Positions 27,710-37,465 of a DNA stretch of 50,082 nt are shown in pieces. The stretch spans positions 1 to 50,082 of the forward strand of contig DATMBX010000046.1 of assembly GCA_035558955.1 (NCBI GenBank), read 5' to 3'. A model generated the notes under the pieces. That model had not been told where the DNA came from, searched no databases, and was given only the letters and a program-made list of their open reading frames with translations. This DNA is from Solirubrobacterales bacterium. Its GTDB lineage: Bacteria; Actinomycetota; Thermoleophilia; Solirubrobacterales; 70-9. Numbering within the stretch: the first letter of the stretch is position 1; each line of letters opens with the position of its first letter. The translations under genes were made by a program, and so were the position numbers.

Positions 27710-28477
27710 TCACGCCGTTTCCAGCGGCGGGAGGTCGCCGGTTCCGTTCAGAATCGCCCTTCGCACCTTCTCCCGCTCCGCCGCGGCCCCTTCGGCCCCG
27801 AGGAACGGCAGGGTGATCCAGAACATCAGGTCGGGAAGGCGGCTGGGCAGGCGAGCCGCGGCGCCGTGCAGGATCTCGCTGTAGAGAAGCTCGTTGATGC
27901 CGCCGGCGATCGAGAGCGCGGTGATGCTCGGCAGCTCGACCGAGGTCTCCGCCCGGCCCGCGTCGAGAAAGCCGCTGAACTGTCGCAGCGCCGCGTCGCG
28001 CCTGGCGAGGGCCTTGGGGCCCGCGGCGAGCACTTCGACGATCGCGAAGCGTGCCTCGTCGGGGTGTTCGGCCAGGTGTCTGAGCAGGGCCTCCAGCCCG
28101 GCGGCGACTCGATCCGCCCAAGGGGCGCCCGGCTTCGACTCGAAGCCCCCAGCGGTGTCGCCCAGGAGGTTCCCGAGCAGCACGTCGTAGGCGGCGAGGA
28201 AGCAGTCCTCCTTGCTCGAGAACAACTCGTAGAAAGTCTTCCGCGATACCCCGGCGACGCTGATCACGTCGACCACGCGAGTCTCCGGATAGCCGCGCTC
28301 GGAGACGACTTCGATCATCGCCTGGTGGATGCGATTGCGCTGCGATTCGGTGACCGCCTCGCGGGGCAATCCGTGCCGCCCCCGGGGTAGCTGCTCACTC
28401 AACCTGGATGCGCGTCTACCGGAAGCCACATCAAAAACTGTAGAGCAGAAAGCCAAAAATCTCGACCGCCTGCCCAC
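27710..28477 (-). CDS. TetR-family transcriptional regulator
   Basis: HTH region RNRIHQAMIEVVSERGYPETRVVDVISVAGVSRKTFYELFSSKEDCFLAAYD. The start is ambiguous (GTG 28477, GTG 28429 or TTG 28402). Confidence 0.8.
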   Translation of the reverse strand: MGRRSRFLAFCSTVFDVASGRRASRLSEQLPRGRHGLPREAVTESQRNRIHQAMIEVVSERGYPETRVVDVISVAGVSRKTFYELFSSKEDCFLAAYDVLLGNLLGDTAGGFESKPGAPWADRVAAGLEALLRHLAEHPDEARFAIVEVLAAGPKALARRDAALRQFSGFLDAGRAETSVELPSITALSIAGGINELLYSEILHGAAARLPSRLPDLMFWITLPFLGAEGAAAEREKVRRAILNGTGDLPPLETA

Positions 28478-28502
28478 CGCGCCGGGCGGGGAAACAGCCG
28501 GT

Positions 28503-30050
28503 TTACTGACCTTCTTGGGGGAAGACCTGCTGGTAGGTGGTCGGAGCGCCCGATTTGCCGATCGGCGCGAATGGGGCCTGCTGGACGCAGCCGGGGGCCG
28601 GAATCCCGCTGGAGCTGTCCTGGCTGCCGAAGGCGAACTGCTTGAGACGCTCGAAGAAGTTGGTGGCCTGATCTACATCGCCGTCGGTGCGGGCGTTGAA
28701 GTCCGGGTCGTTGGGCGTGTTGGGGTCGAGCGTGGCGACGATCCCCGAGCTGCACTGACGGGTCTCGAAGCTGGGCAGCCCGGCGGCGAGACCTCTGGCG
28801 GCCCCGGGCTGGCTGTAGGCGCTGGCCCGGTTGACGGTGAGCCGATTGGGGTAGGCGGCGAGGGAATCGGGGCCGAGCATCGCCAGCGAGCGCAGATAGT
28901 GGACCTGATCTTCTGTGGGGGTGGGGGCGACAGCGTTGAAGGTCGCGGCGACGTTGGCCATCACCCCGGTGATCTCGCGTCTGTAGAGGTTGAGGCCGGA
29001 GAGGAGTGGGTTGAGGTTGCGCAGGAACGGGTCCAGGGCGCGCAGAAGCGGCGGGAAGTCGTCGCGGAAGAGCTTGCGCAGGGCCGGGAAGGCGCGAGGC
29101 GAGCGGGCGATGACGGGGGCGAAGCCCTCGAAGAAGCCCTTCGCCTGCGGCGCGAAGCGGGAGAAGGCGATCAGGGTCGGCGACAGCTCCTCGGCCGCGG
29201 GGGTGAGCTGGCGGAAGAGCGGGTCTGCGTTGAGGGAGAAGGACTCGAGCCGCCTCAGGGTCAGCCTCGACTCGTCGAGGAAGGTCGGGAAGGCGCGGAA
29301 GAGCGCTTCGATGTCGCGGTTGCGCGCCGCGGCGGTGGTGAAGACGGTGTTGGAGCTCTGAATCAGGTCGTCCAGCTCGTCGTTGCGACCGCGGAAGGCG
29401 CGGAAGGTCACCTCGCCGTTGCGGAAGAGCTGGCGGACGGCGAGCCGTTGGGTGTCGAGCACGCGAAAGAGGCGGTCGAAGGTGGCGAAAGTGGGCTCGA
29501 ACTCTCCGAAGACATTGGAGAAGTCTCCTCCGCGGCCCTGGATCGCGACCGCCGCGTCCTGCATCCAGGTGCGGAAGGCGGCCTGCGTCTCGGGATCGAA
29601 GGTGCGGAAGATCTCGTCGAGCTGGACCGACTCGGCGACGTTGGCTGCGGCGAGGGAGCCTCCGTCGGGAAGCATCTCCCTGTCGCTGCTGGACGGGGTC
29701 AGCTCGACGTAGGTCTCGCCGAGCAGGGTCTTTGTGCGGAGGATGGCGCGCGTCTCGCGCGGGATCGGCGCGTACTGGTCGAGGATGTCGATCGTCGCCA
29801 GTGCCAGTTCCCCGTCGGGCGAGAGGCCGATGCTCTTGACTTTGCCGACCGAGACGCCGGAGATCCGCACGTCTGACTGCTCGGCGAGCTGGGTCGCCTC
29901 GGCGAAGGGCACTTTGATCTCGTAGGTCTTGGCGCGGAACGGCGTCGGCCCGCCGAAGGTGATCCAGAGGAAGAGCAGGATCCCGAAGCACGACAGGGCG
30001 AAGCCCGCAATGACGATGAGTTGTCCTGTGCTGGGGGCTTGCTTGTTCAT
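28503..30050 (-). CDS. Mce/MlaD-family protein (6th of 6)
   Basis: N-terminal TM helix, then an MlaD domain (YEIKVPFAEATQLAEQSDVRISGVSVGKVKSI...AILRTKTLLGETYVELTP) and a long helical C-terminal region. Confidence 0.85.
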   Translation of the reverse strand: MNKQAPSTGQLIVIAGFALSCFGILLFLWITFGGPTPFRAKTYEIKVPFAEATQLAEQSDVRISGVSVGKVKSIGLSPDGELALATIDILDQYAPIPRETRAILRTKTLLGETYVELTPSSSDREMLPDGGSLAAANVAESVQLDEIFRTFDPETQAAFRTWMQDAAVAIQGRGGDFSNVFGEFEPTFATFDRLFRVLDTQRLAVRQLFRNGEVTFRAFRGRNDELDDLIQSSNTVFTTAAARNRDIEALFRAFPTFLDESRLTLRRLESFSLNADPLFRQLTPAAEELSPTLIAFSRFAPQAKGFFEGFAPVIARSPRAFPALRKLFRDDFPPLLRALDPFLRNLNPLLSGLNLYRREITGVMANVAATFNAVAPTPTEDQVHYLRSLAMLGPDSLAAYPNRLTVNRASAYSQPGAARGLAAGLPSFETRQCSSGIVATLDPNTPNDPDFNARTDGDVDQATNFFERLKQFAFGSQDSSSGIPAPGCVQQAPFAPIGKSGAPTTYQQVFPQEGQ

Positions 30051-30051
30051 C

Positions 30052-31461
30052 TCATCTGGCGTAGGTCGGGCCGCAGCCGCCGTCTGGCAGCTCCGGAGGG
30101 GGTGCGATGTCGGGCAGGTCTCTGGCGGTGGGGATGTTGCCCGCCTGCAGGACGGTTCTCAGAAAGGGTCGGGCGCCGGAGAAGCCTCTGGCGAGGATGG
30201 TGCCGTTACAACTGAGCAGAACCAGGGCCCTGCGCACGGGACCGCCGGCGTCCTGCACGTAGTTGGCGGTGACGTTGTGATTGAGCCAGGGCACGTAGAA
30301 GAGGAAGCTCTCCTTGCCCTTCGGCTTGTAGGCGAGGGTGTTGAAGAGCGCGTTGAGCCCCCCCAAGGAGTTGCCGAAGCCCCGCACGGACTTCTCGAAG
30401 TCGGAGGAGCCCTGGCTGAGGTGGGTGAGGACCGGGCGGATCTGGCGGGTGAAGGGGCGGATCTGGTCGCGGATCGGCGCCGTCGTCTCGCGGAAGAAGC
30501 GCGCGGTGGCGTCGAAGGCCGGGCCGAGTGCCTGGGCCTGAGGGATCAGCTTGATCAGGGCCGGCCGCGCGGCGGTGGAGAAGCGATCGGAGCTGGCGAG
30601 GCCCTCGCGGGCGACCCGCAGGGTCGAGGGCAGCTCGACCAGCGACTCCTGCAGCGAAGCCTGCACGGCGGCGAAATCGCCGAGGGCGTCTTTGGAGGAG
30701 GTGACGAAGCGCTCGATCTGGGAGTCGCGGCGCGCCAGTTCGGTGGTGAGCAGGCCGAAGTTGTGGATCACGTCGGCGAGGGCGATACGTCGCTTCGCCA
30801 CCTCGCGGTTGAGGTCGGCGATGTAGTGGGAGAAGGGCTGGAGGCGGCGGAAGGCGGAGGAAAGCTGGCGCCCGCGGCCGCCGATCCCCTGGGCGCCGCC
30901 GGCGAGCAGCAGCTGCAGGTACTGGCGGGTGTCGCCGTCCAGGGTGGCAAGGAAGGCCTCGAAGTTGACGTTCGGCTGGGTCCGGGAAAGTGGGATGTTG
31001 GCGCCGTCCTCGATGTGGCCGGGAGCGGTGCCGGGATCGACCTCGACGATCATGTCGTTGAGGTTCGTTTTCGGCCGCAACAGCAAGGTGGCGTCGGGGT
31101 GGATCAGCTCCAGGTATCTGGGCTCGATGTCGAGGCCGACCACGGCGTGGCCGTCCTCGAGGTCGACCGAGGTGACCTTGCCGACCTGGATGCCGGCGAT
31201 GTCCACCGCCTGGCCCTGACCGGGCGTGACCGCCTGCGCGGTTGAGAACTCACCGGTGATGTGGGCGAAGTCCTGTCCGACGAAGGGCGCCCACGCCGGC
31301 AGCGAGGCTTTCTGCTGGGTGAAGATCCACAGCATCATCGTGATGCCCGCGATGGCGAGGATGACGATCGCGAGCGTGTCTTTGCTGCGCCCGCGCGATT
31401 GGCGGGCAAGCGAAGCGCGAAGGTGCTGCCATCTGCTCACGCCGGGCTCCCTCTCGGTCAT
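30052..31461 (-). CDS. Mce/MlaD-family protein (5th of 6)
   Basis: TM helix plus MlaD domain (VDIAGIQVGKVTSVDLEDGHAVVGLDIEP...LLLRPKTNLNDMIVEVDPG). It ends 1 nt before the next mce gene starts. Confidence 0.85.
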   Translation of the reverse strand: MTEREPGVSRWQHLRASLARQSRGRSKDTLAIVILAIAGITMMLWIFTQQKASLPAWAPFVGQDFAHITGEFSTAQAVTPGQGQAVDIAGIQVGKVTSVDLEDGHAVVGLDIEPRYLELIHPDATLLLRPKTNLNDMIVEVDPGTAPGHIEDGANIPLSRTQPNVNFEAFLATLDGDTRQYLQLLLAGGAQGIGGRGRQLSSAFRRLQPFSHYIADLNREVAKRRIALADVIHNFGLLTTELARRDSQIERFVTSSKDALGDFAAVQASLQESLVELPSTLRVAREGLASSDRFSTAARPALIKLIPQAQALGPAFDATARFFRETTAPIRDQIRPFTRQIRPVLTHLSQGSSDFEKSVRGFGNSLGGLNALFNTLAYKPKGKESFLFYVPWLNHNVTANYVQDAGGPVRRALVLLSCNGTILARGFSGARPFLRTVLQAGNIPTARDLPDIAPPPELPDGGCGPTYAR

Positions 31462-32960
31462 GGGACCACCGCCGGGTCGGCTGGGCCGGGCTGGCCCAGA
31501 GGGCCGTTGACGTCAGGGACGGGCTGCTTGTAGCAGCGCGCGCCGGGCTTCTTCGGCGGCCTGCCGCCGAGCTGCGGCTGGACGCCGAGCGGGGCCTCGA
31601 TCGTGTTGGAGAAGAAAGCCTTATCCGTGACGAGATTGCCGTCGGGGCTGGGCGTCTGGACCAGCTGCGGGCCGCCGCCGATCTGGGTGCGGAGGTAGGG
31701 GCCGTTGCCGTCGAAGTTCTGGCTCTCGCCGGCGAAATTGACGAGGGCGTAGAAGAACTCGCGCGAGCTGGGCCCGGTGCTGAAAGCGTCGTTGATCGTC
31801 TGGTCGCCGGTCGGTACCAGCACCCGGCTGCTGCAGAGGCTGAGCTGGTTTAGCTGGGGCAGGGCATTCGCCTTGCCCGCCTGGGCGGCGCCGGCGAGGC
31901 CCGGCGTCGACTTGGCCAGCAGCCTGGCCGTTCCCCCCGCTTCCTTGCCGGAGAGCAGCGGGCGAGCCTGGCGCAGCCAGGGGCCGGAAGCGGCGATCAG
32001 GTCCGGCAGCTGCTCGATGGCCGGCGTCATCTCGATCGCGTAGGCGCGCAGCGGCGGCAGGGTGCGGTTGAGGCTGACCATCGAGGCGCGGGTGGTCTGC
32101 AGGAAGGGGGCGAAACGGTTGATCGTGACCGCGAGATTGGCCGACTGGGCGGCGAGCGCGCCGGTGAAGGTATTGAAGTTGACGATCAGCCCCTGCAGGT
32201 CTGCCTCGCTGTGGGCGAAGGCGGCGAAGGCGCGGCCGGCGCTGGCCACGAGCCGGGGAAGATCGTCGGGTTGGGTGCCGAGGAAGGCGTTGGTCACCTG
32301 GGCGCTGTAACGGCCGGCGGGACCGCCGTATTTGAAGGCGCCGTTGAGCGCCTCGGCGGCCGTCTTGCCCCTCACCTCGGGCTCCTGGCTGACGTCCTCA
32401 GCCGCGGTCGGCTCATGCGTGAGGGCGGTGCCGTAGCTCTGCAGGAAGCGGGCGAGGTCGGCGCGGACGGGCGCCTGCAGCGCGGTGATCACCTCGTCGA
32501 GCTGGACCGAGGTGGAGGTATGGCTGACCGGAATGGTGTCGCCGCTGTCCATCTCCGGCGCGCTGGGGCTGCCGGGGTCGAGGTCGATGAAGAAATTCCC
32601 CTCGAGGAAGATCCGCGGGCGGATCTGGGCGAAGGCGTCGGTGTGAATCGGCCGGCCCGGATCGCTGACGGTGAAGGTGACCTCGGTTGCGTTGCCGTCG
32701 CGACCGACCTCGGTGACCTGGCCGACGTCGACTCCGGCGATCCGGATCGGCGATTTGGTCGCGATGTTGACGCCGTTGGCGAAGGTCGCCTTGAGCTGGT
32801 AGCCGCGGCTGGTGAAGGGGACGTGTTTGGTGAAGGCGAGGTATGGGCCGAGGGTGAAGACGATCAGGAAGAGGACCGCGATCGCGGCGTTGCTGGGCCG
32901 CCATCTGATGCGGCCGGTCGGCTGCTGGGCCCTGATGTCGCGCTCCGGCAGCCGGCTCAT
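31458..32960 (-). CDS. Mce/MlaD-family protein (4th of 6)
   Basis: TM helix plus MlaD domain (YQLKATFANGVNIATKSPIRIAGVDVGQVTEV...QIRPRIFLEGNFFIDLDPG). 4-nt overlaps with both neighbouring genes. Confidence 0.85.
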   Translation of the reverse strand: MSRLPERDIRAQQPTGRIRWRPSNAAIAVLFLIVFTLGPYLAFTKHVPFTSRGYQLKATFANGVNIATKSPIRIAGVDVGQVTEVGRDGNATEVTFTVSDPGRPIHTDAFAQIRPRIFLEGNFFIDLDPGSPSAPEMDSGDTIPVSHTSTSVQLDEVITALQAPVRADLARFLQSYGTALTHEPTAAEDVSQEPEVRGKTAAEALNGAFKYGGPAGRYSAQVTNAFLGTQPDDLPRLVASAGRAFAAFAHSEADLQGLIVNFNTFTGALAAQSANLAVTINRFAPFLQTTRASMVSLNRTLPPLRAYAIEMTPAIEQLPDLIAASGPWLRQARPLLSGKEAGGTARLLAKSTPGLAGAAQAGKANALPQLNQLSLCSSRVLVPTGDQTINDAFSTGPSSREFFYALVNFAGESQNFDGNGPYLRTQIGGGPQLVQTPSPDGNLVTDKAFFSNTIEAPLGVQPQLGGRPPKKPGARCYKQPVPDVNGPLGQPGPADPAVVP

Positions 32961-34366
32961 CCGGACTCGTTTCTGGTCGTCGTTCCCCAGTGATCGGCGG
33001 CGTTGCCGATCACTGTCTGTCCGCGCGCGTACTTCTCATTTCCGGCTTCACAGATCTTGGGCTGCCCAGGAGAGGCGGTGTACGGGTAGGGATTGAAGTG
33101 GAGGTGGTTGGCTCGCTCGGGGCCGTTGGCGGGAGCGGAGGCGGGTGAGCCCTCGTTGTTGGCGCCGGTGGTAGGCACGAGGGAGATGAAGTTGAGCCAG
33201 TTTCCCGAGCCGTTGCCCTCGCTGGTCGCATTGGCGACGTTCTTGAAGGCGAGGGTGAGGTAGTTGCAGGTGGCCTGTGCTGGGGCGATGAACTTGATTC
33301 CCGGCTCCAGCGTCTTGTTGAAGTCGATCAGGAGGTCGAGCCCGTTGAAGACGCCTGGGGAGGACTGAAAGGCGAGCAGGGCGTCGGCGGTGGGGACGAG
33401 CTGATCGTTGAAGACCGGCGAGGCGTTCAGCACCGGGATACCGGCGCGCAGCGCGGCGGCGATCGTCGGCGAGGTGTCGGCGAGAGCCTTGGTGCCGGGC
33501 CGCAATGCGGTGAAGAACTCGGCGGAGTGGTCGAGGAAGGGCCGGATCACGGGGAACGTCTCGATCGCCGTCTGCTCGGTGGGCGGGCTTTTGACGATCG
33601 TCTCCTGGATGAACGGCCGGGCGACGCGGGCGAAGGCGGCGAAGGTGACGTCGAGGCCGACGAAGAGGCTGGCCTGGGCCTCGGCGACGGGAGCGACGAC
33701 TGCGTTCAGCGCCCCCAGCGCTCTCCAGAACTCGCCGAACCGGGTCGAAGGGGCGGCGAGGTCGGCGAGCACCGGCTGGGAGCTCTCGACCAGGTCGCGC
33801 AGGGCGCCGAAGGCCGCGTTCAGCTGCGGGCCGCGGCCGGCGAGCGCGTTGCCGAACCCGGCCTGGTTCTGGCGGATCGCGGTCCGCGTCTCCTCGTCGA
33901 ACATGCTGAAGAACTCGTCGATGTCGATCGGCTCCGGCCTGGCGGCGGCGAGCGGGATCGTGTCGCCGGGGGCGAAGCCCTCGCTGGAATCGCCGGGGGT
34001 GAGCTGCACGTATTTGAGCCCGAGCGCCGATTTGGGACGGATCATCAGGGTCGAGTCGATCGGCAGCGGCTCCACCTTCTGGTCGAGGCGCAGGTCCAGC
34101 TCCGCGGCGACGCGGCCGTCGCCGAGCTGGACCGGCTTGACCCCGCGGACGATGCCGACCCGGTTGCCGCCGATCCGGATCTCGTTGTTCCTGACCAAAG
34201 CGTCGCCGTCGGGGACCAGCGCCTTGAGGTTGTAGGTGGAGACGAACGGCAGGCCGTTGTTGGCGTTGTAGGCGAGGAAGACGGCGACGATGACGACGAG
34301 CACGGTGACCGCCCCGACCAGGACCGGGCTGCTCGCGACTCCCTGGATTCCGCTGCGATTCCTCAT
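32957..34366 (-). CDS. Mce/MlaD-family protein (3rd of 6)
   Basis: TM helix plus MlaD domain (YNLKALVPDGDALVRNNEIRIGGNRVGIVRGV...MIRPKSALGLKYVQLTPG). 4-nt overlaps with both neighbouring genes. Confidence 0.85.
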   Translation of the reverse strand: MRNRSGIQGVASSPVLVGAVTVLVVIVAVFLAYNANNGLPFVSTYNLKALVPDGDALVRNNEIRIGGNRVGIVRGVKPVQLGDGRVAAELDLRLDQKVEPLPIDSTLMIRPKSALGLKYVQLTPGDSSEGFAPGDTIPLAAARPEPIDIDEFFSMFDEETRTAIRQNQAGFGNALAGRGPQLNAAFGALRDLVESSQPVLADLAAPSTRFGEFWRALGALNAVVAPVAEAQASLFVGLDVTFAAFARVARPFIQETIVKSPPTEQTAIETFPVIRPFLDHSAEFFTALRPGTKALADTSPTIAAALRAGIPVLNASPVFNDQLVPTADALLAFQSSPGVFNGLDLLIDFNKTLEPGIKFIAPAQATCNYLTLAFKNVANATSEGNGSGNWLNFISLVPTTGANNEGSPASAPANGPERANHLHFNPYPYTASPGQPKICEAGNEKYARGQTVIGNAADHWGTTTRNESG

Positions 34367-35880
34367 GGACCCAGGAGGTAGTCGAGGAGGGCGCGTTGGG
34401 GAGTCGGCGGCGGCGCGACCCTGGTGCCCCCACCGCCAAGCTGCTGCCCCTGGCCGAGACCTGGAGCCGGGGCGGACGGCACGGGGCTGAGGCTGCTCGC
34501 GGCGTCGGGGTCGAAGGTGGTGCCGCCGGCCTGCTCGCCGAGTTCCTCTTTCATTAGCTCGTACAACTCAGCCGTGCTCACTATGGAGGACTCTCGTGCG
34601 CCAGGGCCGTTGAAATTGGATTGGCATTCGCCCTGAACGACGACCGTATAGTCAAGACAGTTGGTGAGGCGCACCGCGCCACGAGCGAAATGGCCGTACT
34701 GGTCGAAGCCGTTGAGGGTGGCGGTCGTGTTGTAGATCAGGTCAGCGAGGCCGTTCCAGCCGCCGGTCTTCTTGGCGCTGACGAGGAACTTGGCGAGCTT
34801 GCTGGTCGGGGTGACGCCGGTGCGGGCGAGGTCGCGGGACTTCTTCACGATCGGGTCCGCGGCGCGGAACTTGGGGCCGGCGACCTCGCCGACGTCGCCG
34901 AGCGACTTGAGGGCGACGGTCGAAGCCCTGGAGAAGGGGGCAAGGAGGCGCGTCGCCTCGGTGAAGGCGGGGGTCGCCCGGTCGAAGTCGGAGAAGACCG
35001 GCGCGCCGGCGTCGGAGAACGCTTTGAGGCTGACCATCGTGGCGCGGAACTCACGCAGGAACTCGGGGAACTTGCGGAACGACTCCTGCAGCTGCTCGCC
35101 TTTCTCGGCGCTGGCCTGGGCGGCGGCGCCGGCGTTGCTGAAGAAGCCGGCGACGTGCTCCCTCTCGCGGGCGAGCGGTCGCAGGATCGCGTCCGAATCG
35201 GCGGCGAGCTGGGCGAGCTGCACCCGCTGGTCGCGAAGTTTGCCGAGGATGCGGTCGACGTCGCGCAGAACCGGGTTGGCGCGCTTGACGACCTCCTCGA
35301 TGTCGTCCCCACGCCCGGCCAGCCCGGCCCCCAACTCGTTGAAGATGATGCGGAAGCGCTGCGCGTAGGGCAGGCTCTGGATGTTGTTGATCAGATCGGG
35401 GTCGACGCTGGTGCTGTTGTTCTCCACGGGCAGGAGGTACTGGCCGGCGCCGGGCTGGCCGTCTGGGATCTCCTCCAGCGGCGGCGCCGGGGGCGTGCCG
35501 GGGGCGCGGGGCAGCGTCGGACGGCAGTCGACGAACTTCTCGCCGATCAGCGACTGCGGGCGGATAAGGCAGCTTCCGTCGCTGCGAAAGTCCTGGAAGC
35601 CGGGGTCGGTGATCTTCATCACGATCACCGCTTTGCCCGGGTAGGGCTTGAACTCGCCGTCCTCGTAGCTGGCCAGCTCGCCGGGCATCGTCACGCCGAC
35701 CTCTTCGATCTCGCCGACGTTGGCGCCGGCGACGCGGACCTCCTCGCCTTTGACCATGAAGCCGCCGCTGTCGAAGATCGCGCGGACGGTGTAGCCGCCG
35801 TCCCCCCCGCCGCCTGAGGCGAGCAGGACGACGGCCACCACCGCGGCGACGACCCCGGCTGCGATCAGCCCTTTCTTCAT
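34363..35880 (-). CDS. Mce/MlaD-family protein (2nd of 6)
   Basis: TM helix plus MlaD domain (YTVRAIFDSGGFMVKGEEVRVAGANVGEIEEV...LIRPQSLIGEKFVDCRP). 4-nt overlaps with both neighbouring genes. Confidence 0.85.
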   Translation of the reverse strand: MKKGLIAAGVVAAVVAVVLLASGGGGDGGYTVRAIFDSGGFMVKGEEVRVAGANVGEIEEVGVTMPGELASYEDGEFKPYPGKAVIVMKITDPGFQDFRSDGSCLIRPQSLIGEKFVDCRPTLPRAPGTPPAPPLEEIPDGQPGAGQYLLPVENNSTSVDPDLINNIQSLPYAQRFRIIFNELGAGLAGRGDDIEEVVKRANPVLRDVDRILGKLRDQRVQLAQLAADSDAILRPLAREREHVAGFFSNAGAAAQASAEKGEQLQESFRKFPEFLREFRATMVSLKAFSDAGAPVFSDFDRATPAFTEATRLLAPFSRASTVALKSLGDVGEVAGPKFRAADPIVKKSRDLARTGVTPTSKLAKFLVSAKKTGGWNGLADLIYNTTATLNGFDQYGHFARGAVRLTNCLDYTVVVQGECQSNFNGPGARESSIVSTAELYELMKEELGEQAGGTTFDPDAASSLSPVPSAPAPGLGQGQQLGGGGTRVAPPPTPQRALLDYLLGP

Positions 35881-37277
35881 GGTCCGGGGGGCACGTCGGC
35901 CGGGTCGCAGGTGGACGAGGGAGCGCCGCCGGCGATCGGCGGGTCGACGAACGGATTGGAGCCGTCGGGCGCCGGCTGGGTGGCGCCACCCGGGCAGCGG
36001 CGGAAGGTCTGGGGCGGGTTGAAGGCGTCGTACTGCTGGCTGGTGGGAATCGGGTCGAGGACCCCGGTGCCGGAGTTGTAGGAGAAAAGGTTGAGGTCGG
36101 ACGGCTGGACGCGAATGTAATGACCGTTGGCGTCGTAGTAGGCCGCTACCTGGCCGAGCTTGGCGAAGCCGTTGAAGATGTCCGGCGTGTAGGCGCGGAA
36201 GAGGTCGAGGGTCGGCTGGAAGTCGGCGATCGCCTGCTCGGCGTGCGGGAAGGCGGTGGAGGTGCGGTCCTGCACGGTGGGGAGGATCGCGAAGAGCTCG
36301 CCGGTGTCGTTGTGCGGGCCCGGCCGGCGCATGGTCAGGCGCAGGTTCTTGAAGACCGGGACCGCTTTGGAGAGAACCGGGCGGAGGTCGGCGAGGAACG
36401 GCGCCAGGTCCTTGGTCGCCGGCTTGGCGGCGTCGACGAAGGTGTCGAGATCGTCGAGCGCGGCGCGGAGGTTGACGAAGGTGGTGTTGGTCTGCCGGAA
36501 GACCGGGGGCAGCAGATGCAGGGTGCGGCTGAAGGCGGCGTTCTGGCTGGCGATCGCGCCGAAGGCGGCGTTGGCGTTGGCGATCGCGCTGGAGAGCTCC
36601 TCGCCGCGCGAGGCGATCGCCGTCGCCAGTTTGCTGGAGCTGACCACGAAGCGCTCGAACAGCCGCTGGTCGGAGTTGAGCTCGCCGAAGAAGGCGCGGG
36701 CGCGATTGAGGCCGGGAGCGAAGTATTTGAAGGTCTGGCTCGCCTCGGGCCCGCGGTCCACGTAGATGCCCGCGTTGCCCTTGATGAAATCGCTGAGGCC
36801 CCTCCGCACCGGCGCCGGGAAGGTGTTGAAGAGCTGGTCGATGTCGATCGGGGTCGTGGTGTCGGCGAGCCCGAGGGTTCCGCCGTCTTCCAGCGGCGGG
36901 TTGCTGTTGGGGCCGGGGCTGACGGAGACGTAGTGGTTGGCGACGCCGGAGAGGGAGGTTGCGCGAACGATCGCCGTCGTCCCCTCGTGCAACTGCTGCT
37001 CGACGGTGACGTTGACCTGGGCGAGGTTTTCATCGGTCAGCTCGATGCTGTCCACGGTGCCGACCGCCTGGCCGCCGATCAGTACCTGGTTGCCTTTGAC
37101 GAGCTGGCTGGCGTTCTGGAAGAGGAGGGCGTACTTGTGGCTGCCGTTGCCGCCGAAGACGATGTAGGCGAGGGCCAGAACCACCAGGGCGAGAGCCGCG
37201 ATCGCCGCGATTCGGGCGGGGGCGATTCTCCGGCCGGACGCCGGACTTCTCTCCTCGCCTAAGGGATTGGCAGCCAC
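35877..37277 (-). CDS. Mce/MlaD-family protein (1st of 6)
   Basis: GTG start, TM helix (IAAIAALALVVLALAYIVF) and MlaD domain (YALLFQNASQLVKGNQVLIGGQAVGTVDSIEL...IVRATSLSGVANHYVSVSPG). Confidence 0.85.
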   Translation of the reverse strand: MAANPLGEERSPASGRRIAPARIAAIAALALVVLALAYIVFGGNGSHKYALLFQNASQLVKGNQVLIGGQAVGTVDSIELTDENLAQVNVTVEQQLHEGTTAIVRATSLSGVANHYVSVSPGPNSNPPLEDGGTLGLADTTTPIDIDQLFNTFPAPVRRGLSDFIKGNAGIYVDRGPEASQTFKYFAPGLNRARAFFGELNSDQRLFERFVVSSSKLATAIASRGEELSSAIANANAAFGAIASQNAAFSRTLHLLPPVFRQTNTTFVNLRAALDDLDTFVDAAKPATKDLAPFLADLRPVLSKAVPVFKNLRLTMRRPGPHNDTGELFAILPTVQDRTSTAFPHAEQAIADFQPTLDLFRAYTPDIFNGFAKLGQVAAYYDANGHYIRVQPSDLNLFSYNSGTGVLDPIPTSQQYDAFNPPQTFRRCPGGATQPAPDGSNPFVDPPIAGGAPSSTCDPADVPPGP

Positions 37278-37465
37278 AAGTCGTCGCTTACCGTCCTCCG
37301 GCCTCCAACCCGGGTGGAAACGGCGAGCGAATCGTATCCGAGGCGTCCCCGGGCAAGCGCGTGCCCAGGCGGGACTTAACTGGAATTCAACGCGCTACTC
37401 TGAGGGTGCGGATCGGTTATGGAACCGGGAGGCGCTTTGGCAAATCGAACGGAGGAGTGAAGCCA

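Noticed and set aside
37278-37465. Attempt to read promoters or TetR operators in the mce/paralogue divergent region, and in 42428-42551 between paralogues 3 and 4
   Set aside because: I found only weak hexamer matches (for example TTGAAC at about 42440) without a convincingly spaced -10 element, and no clear palindrome. This is not supportable without TSS data or motif statistics.
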